From the NCBI GenBank assembly GCA_009781115.1, contig WQYT01000003.1, positions 1 to 47,361 on the forward strand: 47,361 bases of DNA. Direction: 5' to 3'. Within the stretch, counting starts at the first letter, position 1. Each line of letters opens with the position of its first letter. The translations under genes and the position numbers were made by a program. The DNA is from Coriobacteriia bacterium (GTDB taxonomy: Bacteria; Actinomycetota; Coriobacteriia; WRKU01; WQUG01). Below are positions 45,695 through 47,361 of this stretch, one piece after another. Under the pieces are notes generated by a model. That model was not told the origin of the DNA and searched no databases. It saw only the letters and a program-made list of their open reading frames with translations.

Positions 45695-46366
45695 ATGAAA
45701 AAAGCTGAGGATTATAGTTTGCTGATCCACCTCTCCCCTTTATTCAAGGGGATTTCAAAAGAGGAATCCTTGCAGCTGTTCTCCTGCCTGGAGGTGCGCC
45801 ACCACAGCTACCGCAAGGGAAATTATGTCTTTTTGGCCGGGCAACACACTACCGATATCGGCCTGCTTTATTCTGGCCAGCTTGATATCTTGCAGGATGA
45901 CGTATGGGGAAACCGGCGCATTCTTGAACGCGTGACCCCCGGGGAGATGTTTGCCGCCGCGTTTTCCTGCGCTGATATTGAGCGGATCCCCATCAGCGTA
46001 CGCGCGACCCAGCCCAGCGAAGTGCTGCTTTTTGACTATCGCAGGGTACTTACGACCTGCAGTTCTGCCTGTCAGTTTCACACCCAGCTCATCTTAAATA
46101 TGCTTGAACTGCTGTCGCGCAAGAGCATCGCGATGATGGAGAAGATCGGCAACATCACGCGCCACAGTACGCGGGAGAAAGTCCTGTCATTTTTGTCACA
46201 GCAGGCACAACTGCGCCAGACACAAAGTTTCGAGATATCTTTCAACCGCCAGGAGCTGGCCGAATACCTGGCGGTCGACCGCAGCGCGCTTTCCACTGAA
46301 CTTGGCCGCCTGCGTGACGAGGGAGTGCTGCGGTTCTCCAAGAACCACTTCGAGCTGTTGAGTTAA
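45695..46366 (+). CDS. Crp/Fnr family transcriptional regulator (HcpR-like)
   Basis: SPLFKGI, cNMP-like beta-barrel (G..FA), C-x3-C-x2-H (CSSACQFH), and C-terminal HTH (RQELAEYLAVDRSALSTEL). The true start is MKKAED at 45695. Confidence 0.92.
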   Translation: MKKAEDYSLLIHLSPLFKGISKEESLQLFSCLEVRHHSYRKGNYVFLAGQHTTDIGLLYSGQLDILQDDVWGNRRILERVTPGEMFAAAFSCADIERIPISVRATQPSEVLLFDYRRVLTTCSSACQFHTQLILNMLELLSRKSIAMMEKIGNITRHSTREKVLSFLSQQAQLRQTQSFEISFNRQELAEYLAVDRSALSTELGRLRDEGVLRFSKNHFELLS

Positions 46367-46391
46367 CGCCTAATGATGATTCTGCCCCGGG

Positions 46392-46651
46392 CAGAGGCGC
46401 GCCGGGTCGTCGCGCCCTACGGGCCGGGCGCTGATCAGAACGTTTACCAGCTAGCGCCAGCATGAGATGCCACCCCGAACAGACGGCGCGCCGAGAGCGT
46501 CGCGCCCTACGGAGCGAGGGTCAATCAGAGTCGTCACGGCTGGCGCCTGGCGATTCTTTTATCTGATGCTTACCTGCTCACTCTGGCGGTAGCTGGTTAA
46601 CGTTATAACTGGCAACGACTCTGTAGGGCGCGACGACCCGGCGCGCCTCTG
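46392..46651. repeat. GTAG-tagged REP cluster (three copies, REPIN/BIME-like)
   Basis: GTAGGGCGCGACGACCCGGCGCGCCTCTG at 46623-46651 (+), its exact reverse complement at 46392-46420, and a variant copy at 46485-46510 (-). Confidence 0.85.
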
Positions 46652-46664
46652 GTCGGAGCGGCGT

Positions 46665-47360
46665 TCAGATGCGCTCGAAATCGTCAGAATAGCGCGTGAT
46701 ATCATCTTCGCCCAGGTAATCGCCTACCTGTATCTCGATGATATGCAGGTCGCTGGCGCCGCGGTTCTCCAGGCGATGCTTCGTGCCAATGGGATTATAG
46801 ACCGACTGCCCTGTCCCGACCTGGATCTCCTCGTCGCCCTGCGTCACGATCGCCGTGCCTGCAACGACCACCCAGTGCTCACTGCGACGCTCGTGGCTCT
46901 GAAGCGACAGGCGCGAGCCCGGCGTCACGACAATTTCCTTGACTTTGAAACCGTCGCCCTCTTCGACGATCTTCCACGTGCCCCAGGGACGCGCGCTGAC
47001 TTTTGGCTCGCGCAGCTCGGGGGCGCCACGGGCGGCAAGCGCATCGACGACCAGGCGCACATCCTGCGCGCGATCGCGTGGCGCCACCAGGGTCGCGTCG
47101 CTCGTGTCAACCACCAACAGGTCTTCGACGCCGAGAGTTGCCACCAGGCGCTCCGGACTGTAGATGAGCGTGCCAGTGCTGTCAACCGCTACGCCATCGC
47201 CGATGACGCGGTTGCCCGCTGAGTCCGGCGCCGCCAAGTCCTCCAGTGACAGGAGCGAGCCCACATCTGACCAGTCCATCGTCGTCGGAACCACCGCCAC
47301 GTGCGCGCTGTGCTCAAGCGCCGCGTTGTCGAAGCTCACCTTCGGGAGCGTCTCGAACAG
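46665..47360 (-). CDS. manC: Mannose-1-phosphate guanylyltransferase / mannose-6-phosphate isomerase (C-terminal part, truncated by window edge)
   Basis: SFDNAALE, WSDVGS, VDT.DA.LV, RPWG, LSLQSH.RRSEHWVVV, HRLEN and GDYLGEDDI.R motifs; the frame is open to the window end. Confidence 0.93.
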   Translation of the reverse strand: MFETLPKVSFDNAALEHSAHVAVVPTTMDWSDVGSLLSLEDLAAPDSAGNRVIGDGVAVDSTGTLIYSPERLVATLGVEDLLVVDTSDATLVAPRDRAQDVRLVVDALAARGAPELREPKVSARPWGTWKIVEEGDGFKVKEIVVTPGSRLSLQSHERRSEHWVVVAGTAIVTQGDEEIQVGTGQSVYNPIGTKHRLENRGASDLHIIEIQVGDYLGEDDITRYSDDFERI

Positions 47361-47361
47361 C

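Noticed and set aside
46392-46651. Possible mini CRISPR array
   Set aside because: The copies are in mixed orientation with irregular spacing, carry a GTAG REP tag, and no cas genes are present.

Overview
GC-rich chromosomal window, probably from an anaerobic monoderm actinobacterium. A Coriobacteriia-like origin is inferred from gene content and protein style, not from a database search. The centre (about 4.9-42.7 kb, almost all minus strand) is a large surface-glycan locus. It has an initiating polyprenyl-phosphate sugar transferase, ten GT-B/GT4-like glycosyltransferases, a PglK/MsbA-type ABC flippase and an O-antigen-ligase/O-OTase-like protein with a TPR-like tail. It also has a complete pseudaminic-acid pathway (pseB-F-C-G/H-I) followed by an orphan candidate Pse transferase, a WbpA/B/E/D/I-type 2,3-diacetamido-uronic acid pathway, and pgm and galU. 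No wzx, wzy or wzz was recognised. An L,D-transpeptidase and a GH25 muramidase sit inside the locus. The flanks carry respiratory and export genes: tatBC, a TPR protein, an LPAGHP-motif membrane protein, an amidohydrolase and a ~12-haem cytochrome c on the left; hemL, lipoprotein nrfA, a divergent Crp/Fnr regulator and partial manC on the right. Several REP-like palindromes lie in intergenic regions. No rRNA, tRNA, CRISPR array or transposase was recognised. The best novelty candidates are a putative en-bloc glycosylation system delivering a Pse- and diNAc-uronate-containing oligosaccharide in a monoderm, and a possibly new pseudaminyltransferase family.
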